A program made the translations under genes and the position numbers. A stretch of DNA of 64,000 bases from a bacterium. Its GTDB lineage: Bacteria > Zixibacteria > MSB-5A5 > GN15 > FEB-12. The DNA is taken from NCBI GenBank assembly GCA_043811375.1, contig JBDRNJ010000072.1, forward strand, positions 1-64,000, in the 5' to 3' direction. The notes beneath the pieces are model-generated. The model was not told the origin of the DNA, ran no database searches, and saw only the letters and a list, made by a program, of their open reading frames with translations. This document shows positions 56,373 through 64,000 of this stretch, piece by piece. The first letter of the stretch is position 1; every line of letters starts with the position of its first letter.

Positions 56373-56744
56373 TTATTTCAGGAACTTTGAGACTTCATTC
56401 AAAAGAACGGAAGACTTAAAAGGCTTAACCAAGTAGGCTGTGGCGCCCACCTCTAAACCTCTCTGACGATCCTCCTCTTCCGCTTCCGACGTAAGGATGA
56501 TGATAGGTGTCCTCTGATGCTGCGCGTTCTGGCGCAGGGTCTGAATCAGTCCGTATCCGTCGAGGTTCGGCATGTTCAGATCGGTAATCACCAGGTTGAC
56601 ACCGTCCGGCATGTTTGACACCTTTTCAACGGCATCCATCCCGTCGCGGGCGGTCACTACGTTGTATCCTCCGTTTTTCAACGAGAAGGAGACAAACTTG
56701 ACCACTGTCGGTGAATCATCAACAACCAAGATTGTCTGTGTCAT
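56373..56744 (-). CDS. Second CheY-like single-domain response regulator
   Basis: VVDDS, TDLNMPNLDG, PIIILTSE, YLVKPF. Confidence 0.9.
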   Translation of the reverse strand: MTQTILVVDDSPTVVKFVSFSLKNGGYNVVTARDGMDAVEKVSNMPDGVNLVITDLNMPNLDGYGLIQTLRQNAQHQRTPIIILTSEAEEEDRQRGLEVGATAYLVKPFKSSVLLNEVSKFLK

Positions 56745-56772
56745 ACCAGATACCCTGTATGTTTTAAGTGCC

Positions 56773-57762
56773 CTATTTCTTCACTGTCATCGGCCTGATC
56801 TTACTCAGTAGGTCCATAGCCCGCCGCGCACCCAGTGAAGCCGATGTTTCCGACGCTGCAACTGCTCCGGCGAACCCGATTACTGGTTTGTCGTCGGCAG
56901 TAGACGCAACCTCTTTGTGGTAGACCAGAGCGTTTTTGAAATACACCAGTTTGAAAGCCTTCGAAATACCATGCAGCGTCTCCGAATGACCGATATAGAG
57001 ATACCCTCCCGGTGCCAGAGCATTGAAGAACCCCCGGACCAACTGCTTCTTCACTTCATCCGAGAAATAGATCATCACGTTGCGGCAGAAGATGACGTCG
57101 AAATTCGAGTGCATCGTTACCTTGCGTGGGTCATTGAGATTCAGGTGCGAAAACCTGACCAGTGCCTTGACCTGGGGGTTGATATGATAGAGTTCACCTG
57201 ACTTAGTGAAAAACCGGTTCAACCGAGTGGGGTTGACATTACGCAGGGTAAGTCCGTTGTATTCGCCCTTGCGGGCTTTCTGCAAGACCTTTTCGGAAAT
57301 GTCGTTGGCGATTATTTCCACGTTCCATTCCGTCAGGGAGGGCAGCTTTTCCAGGACGATCATCGCCAGCGTGTATGGTTCCTCACCGGTGGAACAGCCG
57401 GCCGACCAGATGCGCAGACTCTTGATCCCCCGACCATTCTGTTTGTTCATCACTAACAGGGGCAGCACTTCATCTGAAAACGACAGAAGCTGCGGTTCGT
57501 TGCGGTAGAAGCTGGTCTCGTTGGTGGTTATGAGATTCATCAGTTGGTGGAATTCCTTCATGGAGGAATCATACTTGACATGGTAGAAATAGTCCCGGCA
57601 GCTCTTGATTCCCAATTCGGCCATTCTCTTGATTAACCTGTTTTTCACCAGGTACATCTTGTTTTCAGCGAAGAAGATACCGCATTTTTCGTGAATGAAG
57701 TCGCGAATCATCACGAATTCTTCGTGTGTCATTTCCGGTTCTTCGACTAGATTTGTCAGCAT
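56773..57762 (-). CDS. cheR: Chemotaxis methyltransferase CheR with a C-terminal tail
   Basis: TTNETSFYR, IWSAGCSTGEEPY, FDVIFCRNVMIYF, GHSE. Confidence 0.96.
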   Translation of the reverse strand: MLTNLVEEPEMTHEEFVMIRDFIHEKCGIFFAENKMYLVKNRLIKRMAELGIKSCRDYFYHVKYDSSMKEFHQLMNLITTNETSFYRNEPQLLSFSDEVLPLLVMNKQNGRGIKSLRIWSAGCSTGEEPYTLAMIVLEKLPSLTEWNVEIIANDISEKVLQKARKGEYNGLTLRNVNPTRLNRFFTKSGELYHINPQVKALVRFSHLNLNDPRKVTMHSNFDVIFCRNVMIYFSDEVKKQLVRGFFNALAPGGYLYIGHSETLHGISKAFKLVYFKNALVYHKEVASTADDKPVIGFAGAVAASETSASLGARRAMDLLSKIRPMTVKK

Positions 57763-57834
57763 GTATCACCCCCGTAGAAACAGCCCCAGTACTTCCTAAT
57801 GGTCAAGAGACACCGTGTTGTCATAACCGATTGC

Positions 57835-58233
57835 TCAATCGTCTCCGTCAAACCCAGTTTCCTTTTCCTGAACCTTGGTTTGAATGACCTTGTAAAGTTT
57901 GTTGATATTGAAGGGTTTGGTAATGTAGTCCGTAACCCGGCAGCGCAGAGCCGTTACAGCCGAGTCGACCGACGGGTAGCCGGTCATCAGGACCACCGGT
58001 ATGTCGGGATATGACTGTTGCATTTCGCTGGTCAGTGTTAATCCGTCCATCTGTGGCATCCTGATGTCGGTCAGGACAAGGTCAATCTTTCTTGATTGCA
58101 GTATCTGGAGAGCTTTTTCGCCGTCTTCAGCGATAGCGATATCCCAGCCGTGTCCGTGAAAGAAATCATACAGCAAGTCTCGGATCAACAGCTCATCATC
58201 CACAACAAGTATCGAGGGTGTATTCAATGTCAT
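57835..58233 (-). CDS. Single-domain response regulator
   Basis: VVDDE, TDIRMP, MTGY, YITKPF; ATGA overlap with the HEAT gene. Confidence 0.9.
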   Translation of the reverse strand: MTLNTPSILVVDDELLIRDLLYDFFHGHGWDIAIAEDGEKALQILQSRKIDLVLTDIRMPQMDGLTLTSEMQQSYPDIPVVLMTGYPSVDSAVTALRCRVTDYITKPFNINKLYKVIQTKVQEKETGFDGDD

Positions 58234-60134
58234 TCTCCCTCAAGGCTGGTGACGGCCATCTCCACGGCCTTGGTAATATCGCTGTTCTTCTCGTCTTGCA
58301 GCCCCTTAATATCCGGCAGGACCTGCCGGCATCCCATCTGAGACAGCGCCTTGATGGCGGCTATCTTGAGGATATCCTGATCATTCTTTAGAAACGGCAG
58401 CAGTAAATCAGCGTGTTTGCTCTGACCTAGGCTGCCGATGGCGGTGATGGCATGATAGCAAACCCAGACATCCTCATCGTCGAGAAGAAACCTGATGTCC
58501 GGAATTGCATCTTCTCCGCGCAATGTAATCAGCGCCGTCACGGCCGCCTTGCGCACCCCGGTGTTTTCATCGTTAAGAGCCAGTGACAACAGCTTGACAT
58601 CGGGGACCTGGCCGATTCTGGCCAGCGAGTTGATAGCCGACTTGCGTACCTCCGGTTCGGGATGATTGACGGCCTTCAACAATGGTTCCACGACCTCGGT
58701 TTCACCGATCATGCCCAGGGCCGTAACCGCCAGACGTTGTTTCTCGGCGTCCTGATGGTAGAGATCGGCGGTGAACTTAGCCACCACCCTGGGTCCGCCG
58801 GCCACTACCAGGGCACCCATAGCCGCTTCGCGCACGTCGACGTACTTGTCCTCCAGCCCCCTGAAAAGAATGTCCGTATCTTCTTCGGTGCACAGCCAGC
58901 CGAGGGCGCCGAAGGCTGCGGCGCGCACATGACCGACCTCGTCGGAGGCTAGTCTTTTCAGAACCTCAGAAGTCTCGACAATTCCGGACAAGCCCAGGGT
59001 ATGGGCAATTTTCCGCCGGATTTCAGGATCGGGATCATCGACAAAGTCAGTCAGCCTGACGGCGATTTCATGGTCAGTAAATCCGCGCAGGATTTCCAGC
59101 AGCACCAGCTTGGTATGCGACGATGCCCGGGGAAACATCTTAAGAATCGGCTCGGTGGCGTTAGGTCCGATTTGTTCGATAATTTCGGAAACATGTTTAA
59201 GCGTTTCCTCATCAACAAAATCCAACACTTCCAGCAGAGATTTCATAACATCCCGGCCGTACCAGTTCGTGAGACGGGAGAGCGTGAAGTCGGTGATTTT
59301 GGAATTGCGGCTTTTGATGCCGTCGAAGAGAAAGTCAGAAAACTTGTCCAGCGGCAGATCACAGTCAATCTTACCGCCGTGTCTGATACTGATATCTATA
59401 ATCGCCGTGAGAGCTGCCTCGGCAATAGTTCTATCCTCATGATCGAGATATGCCAGCAGTTTTTCGATCGAATTCTTAAGGCCGATATTGCCGATAGCTT
59501 CGATGGCGGCATACAGGATCACCGGATCATCGGTCTTGAGGAAACCGAACAGCATATCCAGGCTGGACGGATCGCCGATCTTCCCCAGAGCCTCAATAAC
59601 CTGCAGACGTGAGTCCTCACAGCGCTGGTAAGCGGCTACCAGTTCAGAAATCGCTTTGGAAGAGCCGATTTCACCCAGTGCCTCAGCAGCCGAGCAGACA
59701 ACGTTGTCATTTTCGTCCGAGAGACTTTTGCACAGCGGTTTGACGGCTGACTCATCTTTAATGAGCCCCAGCACGTCCACTACGAACTTGCGTACATCGG
59801 GATCGTCGCTTTCCAGGGCTTCAACCAGGGACTGAATCGCCGGGGCACCAATACGAACCAGTATCTCGGCGGCCAGGTTGCGTGTTCCGATGTCCCCGTG
59901 GGCGAGAAAACGGATCAGTAACTGGGAAACAATTTCCCCCTGCATTTTCCCCAGAACGTCGGCCGCTAATTCCCTGATACCCAGATCGGTGTCTTCCAGC
60001 GCCAGTACCAGCCCGGCTACGGCCTCATCCTCGGTGTACCGGCCCAGCTCCTTGACCGCCTCCTCGCGTTCGTAAAAGTCCGGCGACTGCAGGTTTGTCA
60101 ACAGTTGTCCGATGCGCTCGATTACATTACTCAT
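58230..60134 (-). CDS. HEAT/PBS-lyase-like repeat protein
   Basis: Many repeats of L...L.D.D..VR..A..ALG.IG along the whole length. Confidence 0.92.
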   Translation of the reverse strand: MSNVIERIGQLLTNLQSPDFYEREEAVKELGRYTEDEAVAGLVLALEDTDLGIRELAADVLGKMQGEIVSQLLIRFLAHGDIGTRNLAAEILVRIGAPAIQSLVEALESDDPDVRKFVVDVLGLIKDESAVKPLCKSLSDENDNVVCSAAEALGEIGSSKAISELVAAYQRCEDSRLQVIEALGKIGDPSSLDMLFGFLKTDDPVILYAAIEAIGNIGLKNSIEKLLAYLDHEDRTIAEAALTAIIDISIRHGGKIDCDLPLDKFSDFLFDGIKSRNSKITDFTLSRLTNWYGRDVMKSLLEVLDFVDEETLKHVSEIIEQIGPNATEPILKMFPRASSHTKLVLLEILRGFTDHEIAVRLTDFVDDPDPEIRRKIAHTLGLSGIVETSEVLKRLASDEVGHVRAAAFGALGWLCTEEDTDILFRGLEDKYVDVREAAMGALVVAGGPRVVAKFTADLYHQDAEKQRLAVTALGMIGETEVVEPLLKAVNHPEPEVRKSAINSLARIGQVPDVKLLSLALNDENTGVRKAAVTALITLRGEDAIPDIRFLLDDEDVWVCYHAITAIGSLGQSKHADLLLPFLKNDQDILKIAAIKALSQMGCRQVLPDIKGLQDEKNSDITKAVEMAVTSLEGE

Positions 60135-60175
60135 ATATCAACCCCTTGTCTGTCAATTGATCAGGCACACCGGGA

Positions 60176-60538
60176 TCAGCCGGCGGCGACAGCCTGGTAG
60201 GAATTGAGTGCTTCCTGTTCGGTAGCATATATCTCAAAGATGTGCGACAGCTGCGTGATCTCAAATATCTCCTGCACATAACTGGCCAGGTTCGACAGCG
60301 TCAGGCGACCCTTGCGCAGACGAATCTCCTTCATCATCGATACCAGGGAACCTAACCCGGAGCTGTTGATAAACTCGACATCAGCAAGGTTCAGGTGGAT
60401 TGCTGTTTTCTCCTTTTCGAACAACTGTTTGACCTGTTCCTTGAGTGCGGAACCGGTGGCCAGATCCAGCCGGCCTTTGAGGTTTAGAATGGATACGTTG
60501 GCTTCTTCTCTGACATTGATTTCCATGGTTTCCTCCAC
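60176..60538 (-). CDS. STAS anti-sigma factor antagonist
   Basis: LKGRLD...NLADVEFINSSGLG...VQEIFEITQL. Confidence 0.93.
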   Translation of the reverse strand: MEETMEINVREEANVSILNLKGRLDLATGSALKEQVKQLFEKEKTAIHLNLADVEFINSSGLGSLVSMMKEIRLRKGRLTLSNLASYVQEIFEITQLSHIFEIYATEQEALNSYQAVAAG

Positions 60539-60544
60539 ATTCAG

Positions 60545-60979
60545 CTATGTATGGTGACTAATATTCTCTTTTGTCTCGGTTAGTTCGAACTTGAGCGTGA
60601 CCTTCAGTCCGCTATCCGGCGTTTCCGTGAATCTAAGGTCGGCAGCGTAATGCTGCATAATATCCACACCACGTCCCCCCTCTGATAGCACGGATGCGGG
60701 TTGTCGGTTCTCGATTCGTTCAAGTCCATCCTGACCCTGGTCAATAATATCGGCAGATAGATCGTTCTCATTTATATGCAGAATCAGTTTAATCTCTTTG
60801 TGGGGGTCACGCCGGTTGCCATGCACCAGGGCGTTGGTAAACGCCTCCGACACCGCCAGCAGGATGTGGTTGCGCAACTCATCCGTTATTCGGTTGGTCT
60901 CCAGGATTACCATCACTTCATCGAGCATCTGGTCTTCAGAATCCGAAACCGAAGGATAAGTGTGTTCGTAATGCGGCAT
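60545..60979 (-). CDS. RsbW/SpoIIAB-like anti-sigma factor Ser kinase
   Basis: LAVSEAFTNALVHGN, DQG, EGGRGV; GAAGTGA RBS-like sequence before ATG 60979. Confidence 0.9.
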   Translation of the reverse strand: MPHYEHTYPSVSDSEDQMLDEVMVILETNRITDELRNHILLAVSEAFTNALVHGNRRDPHKEIKLILHINENDLSADIIDQGQDGLERIENRQPASVLSEGGRGVDIMQHYAADLRFTETPDSGLKVTLKFELTETKENISHHT

Positions 60980-60981
60980 GA

Positions 60982-62280
60982 TCACTTCACCTTGACCTGA
61001 AGGATAGTGAAATCGTCCTGCATGTCTTCGGAGGCTCCCTCGGCAAACCGGTCGACCCATTCTTTGACCTTGTGACAGAACTCCTTGGGGGATAGCCCGA
61101 TTTCGGAGGTAAACACCTGCTCTGCCCGCTCTCGACCGAAAAGGTTGTTGTCGGCGTCGGCAGCTTCGGTCAGACCATCCGTGAACAGAAACAGCCTGTC
61201 GCCGGAGGCTAACCGACGCTGTCCCTGTTTGAACACAAAGCCAGCGAACTGGCCAACGATCGGTCCCCCCACGGCCAGTTCACAGACGGTCTGCTTCTCC
61301 TCATCCCAGAAAAGCCCCGGCAGGTGCCCGGCGTTACAGAACGTCAGAGTCGTGTTCTCAAGGTCGAATTTGGCGAAGAACAGCGTGACAAACATCTCGC
61401 GTTCCTTAATGATCGAATCGGCCAACAGGTCGTTGAGCCTGGCGACCAGGTCGGCGACCTCAATCTCGGGATTGGTCGCCAACAGGGAACTGATGATTCC
61501 GGATGCGGCCGACATCACCAGGGCCGCCGGCACACCTTTGTTGGAAACATCACCCAGAACCACCACAAAACGGTGGTCGTCCAACCTGAGAATGTCATAG
61601 AAATCGCCACCTACTTCGCGGGCCGGAAAGTAAACGGCGCCGATCTCTGTCCCCGCTATGGCATCAATATCCTGCGGAAGGATTGTCTCCTGAATCTGGC
61701 GGGCAATCGCCATCTCCTGTTCCATCTTCTGCTGCGTGAGCTTGTGCTTGATGAGGATCGAGTTGTCGATTGCGACGGCCACGAAATTCAGCAACATCTC
61801 CAGGCATTCCTGGTCCTCTTCGCCATAACTGCCACCCTCGGCTTTGTTGATAATCAGCAGTACACCGTGGCAGCGGTCGGACGTTTGAATGGGCACGCTG
61901 ATAATCGATTGGATGGACAAACCGCTGTCGTCCTTGATTTCCAAATCGTTGAGAATAACTGTCTGGTGGTTCTGGTAGCAGTAGCCGGCAAGATCCAGGT
62001 CATCCCGGTACATCAGCGACCGGGCAAACTCCCCGTTGACACCCCAACTGATTTTGACCTTCAACTGATCGTTCTCATGCAGCATTATCAGACCGACTTC
62101 GCCGTCAACCAGCCTTATGGCCATATCCATCACCACCGACAGGACGGCATTGATCTCATGTATAGACGTAATGACGGTCCCCATGGTCGCCAGGTCGCGC
62201 AACTCAGCCTTCTTGGCTTCCAGTCGAGATTCCAACTCTTCGAGGTGGTCACTCGTATCGGTATTTGTACAAACAGTCAT
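60982..62280 (-). CDS. GAF plus SpoIIE/PP2C phosphatase (RsbU-like)
   Basis: GAF (SIISVPI...GVLLIINK...VAVAIDN), EVGGDFYD, GDVSNKG, FTDGLTEA, DDFT. Confidence 0.92.
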   Translation of the reverse strand: MTVCTNTDTSDHLEELESRLEAKKAELRDLATMGTVITSIHEINAVLSVVMDMAIRLVDGEVGLIMLHENDQLKVKISWGVNGEFARSLMYRDDLDLAGYCYQNHQTVILNDLEIKDDSGLSIQSIISVPIQTSDRCHGVLLIINKAEGGSYGEEDQECLEMLLNFVAVAIDNSILIKHKLTQQKMEQEMAIARQIQETILPQDIDAIAGTEIGAVYFPAREVGGDFYDILRLDDHRFVVVLGDVSNKGVPAALVMSAASGIISSLLATNPEIEVADLVARLNDLLADSIIKEREMFVTLFFAKFDLENTTLTFCNAGHLPGLFWDEEKQTVCELAVGGPIVGQFAGFVFKQGQRRLASGDRLFLFTDGLTEAADADNNLFGRERAEQVFTSEIGLSPKEFCHKVKEWVDRFAEGASEDMQDDFTILQVKVK

Positions 62281-62346
62281 ACATTAGATGTATCGGTCTG
62301 AAACGTTGATTTTTTGAGCAGAAACCGGGTAACGGCGGGAAAAGGG

Positions 62347-63660
62347 CTACTTTCTGCGGAATTTCACACGGAAAGGAACACCCTCAAAACCGTACTCCCG
62401 CCGAATCTGGTTGGAGAGAAAGGCAATGTAGGACTTGTCGATCAAGGTAGGACGGTTGGCAAAGAAAACAAACGTCGGCGGCGCCACTTCCGTTTGCGCC
62501 ACATAGTTGATCTTGATGTATTTGCCCTGACGGGCCGGTGGCTGCCGGCGTCGCAGAACCTTCTGCAGAAATTCGTTCAGTTCCGAAGTGACGATACGTT
62601 TTCTGGCTTCATGATAGACTGCCGAGGCTATAGACATCGCTTTAGCCACCCGCTGCCCCGTCAGGGCTGAAACGTAAATCACCGGCAGGTGGGCATACCG
62701 GGCCAGGATGGCATTGATCGCCTTGGTGTAACGATCGGCGGTATTGGGGTCCTTCTCGACCAGGTCCCACTTGTTGACCGCCATAAGAGCCGAACGACGG
62801 GCACCGAAGACCTGGTCCAATATACGGCGATCCTGGGTCGTCAGACCATCAACGGCGTCAACCAGAACGATAGCCACATCGCAGCCATCGATAGCCCGGA
62901 CAGTGCGCAGGGAGGTGTAGAACTCGACGTTTTCCCAAATCTTGTATTTCCGGCGCAGGCCCGCCGTATCGACCAGGACGTAGTCCTGACCGTCCATCTC
63001 CCAGGGCGTATCCACGGCATCCCGTGTGGTACCGGCTATCGGCGTGACCAGCAGGCGCGGCTGCCCGACCAGCACATTTATGAATGAGGACTTGCCGACA
63101 TTGGGACGACCCACCAGCGCCACTCGGATAGTGCTGCCGCTATCGTCATCAGCAGCCTCTTGCCGCGGCAAACAGTTCACCAACTTGTCCAGCAGATCCC
63201 CCACTCCAAGGCCGACTCTCGCCGACACCGCGATCGGGTCGCCGATCCCCAGGGCGAGAAACTGGTACACCTCGCTTTCATCCTGGTCGCTGTCAACCTT
63301 GTTGGCCACCAGCAGGCATTTTTTGCCCGATTGCTGCAGACGCCGGGCGATCTGCCGATCGGTGGTATCCAGGCCCACCTTGGTATCGACGAGAAACAGG
63401 ACCAGTTCGGATTCGTTGACGGCAAACTCGGTCTGGTCGTGGATAAGTTGCTCCATCAGGTCATCCGAATCGGGCGCCATGCCGCCGGTGTCGACCAGGC
63501 GAAAACTGGTGCCGGTCCAGTCACAGACGGCATAGTTGCGATCGCGAGTGATCCCCGGCCGTTCGTGCACCACAGCCAACTGCCTTTGCAGCATACGGTT
63601 GAACAACGATGATTTGCCGACGTTGGGGCGGCCCACTATGGCCACCGTGGCCAGTTTCAC
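62347..63660 (-). CDS. der: Ribosome biogenesis GTPase Der
   Basis: Two GRPNVGKSS P-loops, TRD, DTGG/DTAG, NKVD/NKWD, C-terminal KH-like domain. Confidence 0.97.
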   Translation of the reverse strand: MKLATVAIVGRPNVGKSSLFNRMLQRQLAVVHERPGITRDRNYAVCDWTGTSFRLVDTGGMAPDSDDLMEQLIHDQTEFAVNESELVLFLVDTKVGLDTTDRQIARRLQQSGKKCLLVANKVDSDQDESEVYQFLALGIGDPIAVSARVGLGVGDLLDKLVNCLPRQEAADDDSGSTIRVALVGRPNVGKSSFINVLVGQPRLLVTPIAGTTRDAVDTPWEMDGQDYVLVDTAGLRRKYKIWENVEFYTSLRTVRAIDGCDVAIVLVDAVDGLTTQDRRILDQVFGARRSALMAVNKWDLVEKDPNTADRYTKAINAILARYAHLPVIYVSALTGQRVAKAMSIASAVYHEARKRIVTSELNEFLQKVLRRRQPPARQGKYIKINYVAQTEVAPPTFVFFANRPTLIDKSYIAFLSNQIRREYGFEGVPFRVKFRRK

Positions 63661-64000
63661 GCGAAAACCTCCCTGATTGTCCGGGCCAGATCATAATGAC
63701 CGATCCGTACTTCCCGCCCCAGTTCAGCCTGAAACTCCGACAGCGACATGTCATCCAGAAAGAGCTGATCGGCATTGAGACAATTCGGCGGCAATACCAC
63801 CAGATCGAACTCACCGGCAACCGGTCGTGCCTTAGCCAGCAGATCGCGTCCGGTCAGCAGGCCGGAAACCGTCACTGTCTTACCCCAAAAACGGTTGTCA
63901 ACCGGACGGACGGACAGATTCAGATCGAGGTTCCGGTGAATCCAGGACATGATTCCCCTGTTAAACAGTGATTCGGCCGACCTGCCGGTAAGAAAAAGCA
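63657..64000 (-). CDS. C-terminal part of a DUF512/radical-SAM-like protein (truncated by the window edge)
   Basis: V.NRFWG..VTVSGLLTGRDL...FLDD; the frame is open to the window edge; commonly found upstream of der. Confidence 0.78.
   Translation of the reverse strand, partial: LFLTGRSAESLFNRGIMSWIHRNLDLNLSVRPVDNRFWGKTVTVSGLLTGRDLLAKARPVAGEFDLVVLPPNCLNADQLFLDDMSLSEFQAELGREVRIGHYDLARTIREVFA

Noticed and set aside
60980..61060. N-terminal extension of RsbW in the ORF track
   Set aside because: It overlaps the PP2C gene; the ATG at 60979 fits the family length and translational coupling.
61324..62301. 325 aa plus-strand ORF
   Set aside because: Antisense shadow of the GAF-PP2C gene.
1..64000. 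CRISPR array, prophage, rRNA or defence-system genes
   Set aside because: No repeat-spacer array or diagnostic genes were seen, and intergenic gaps are short.

Overview
This 64 kb bacterial window probably comes from a Zixibacteria-like or related FCB-adjacent lineage, an inference from a Cys-bracketed dockerin-like C-terminal motif. Almost all genes lie on the minus strand. Left to right: (1) the 3' end of an IS30-family element next to a REP-like hairpin; (2) a putative sigma54-driven operon encoding a large secreted protein with a sorting-type C-terminal domain, a PorV-like barrel-TPR protein, a membrane RsbW-kinase/PP2C-phosphatase fusion, and a STAS protein that can be extended through an A10 slippery tract; (3) housekeeping genes (folD, ymdB, rny, zapA, a zapB-like gene, pheT, pheS, rplT, rpmI, infC, thrS, tRNA-Val); (4) a partial flagellar cluster with candidate sigma54 and sigma28 promoters, CsrA/FliW control, a GT2-TPR glycosyltransferase and one inserted cohesin-dockerin gene; (5) a FlrB/FlrC-like two-component pair; (6) a chemosensory operon with no MCP or CheW in the window, a HEAT-repeat protein and altered CheA/CheB motifs, downstream of a second partner-switching module; (7) der and a DUF512-like fragment. 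The best candidates for undescribed biology are the trans-envelope partner-switching operon with its frameshift-extended STAS, and the atypical HEAT/Che system. All calls come from reading motifs by eye; no database searches were run.
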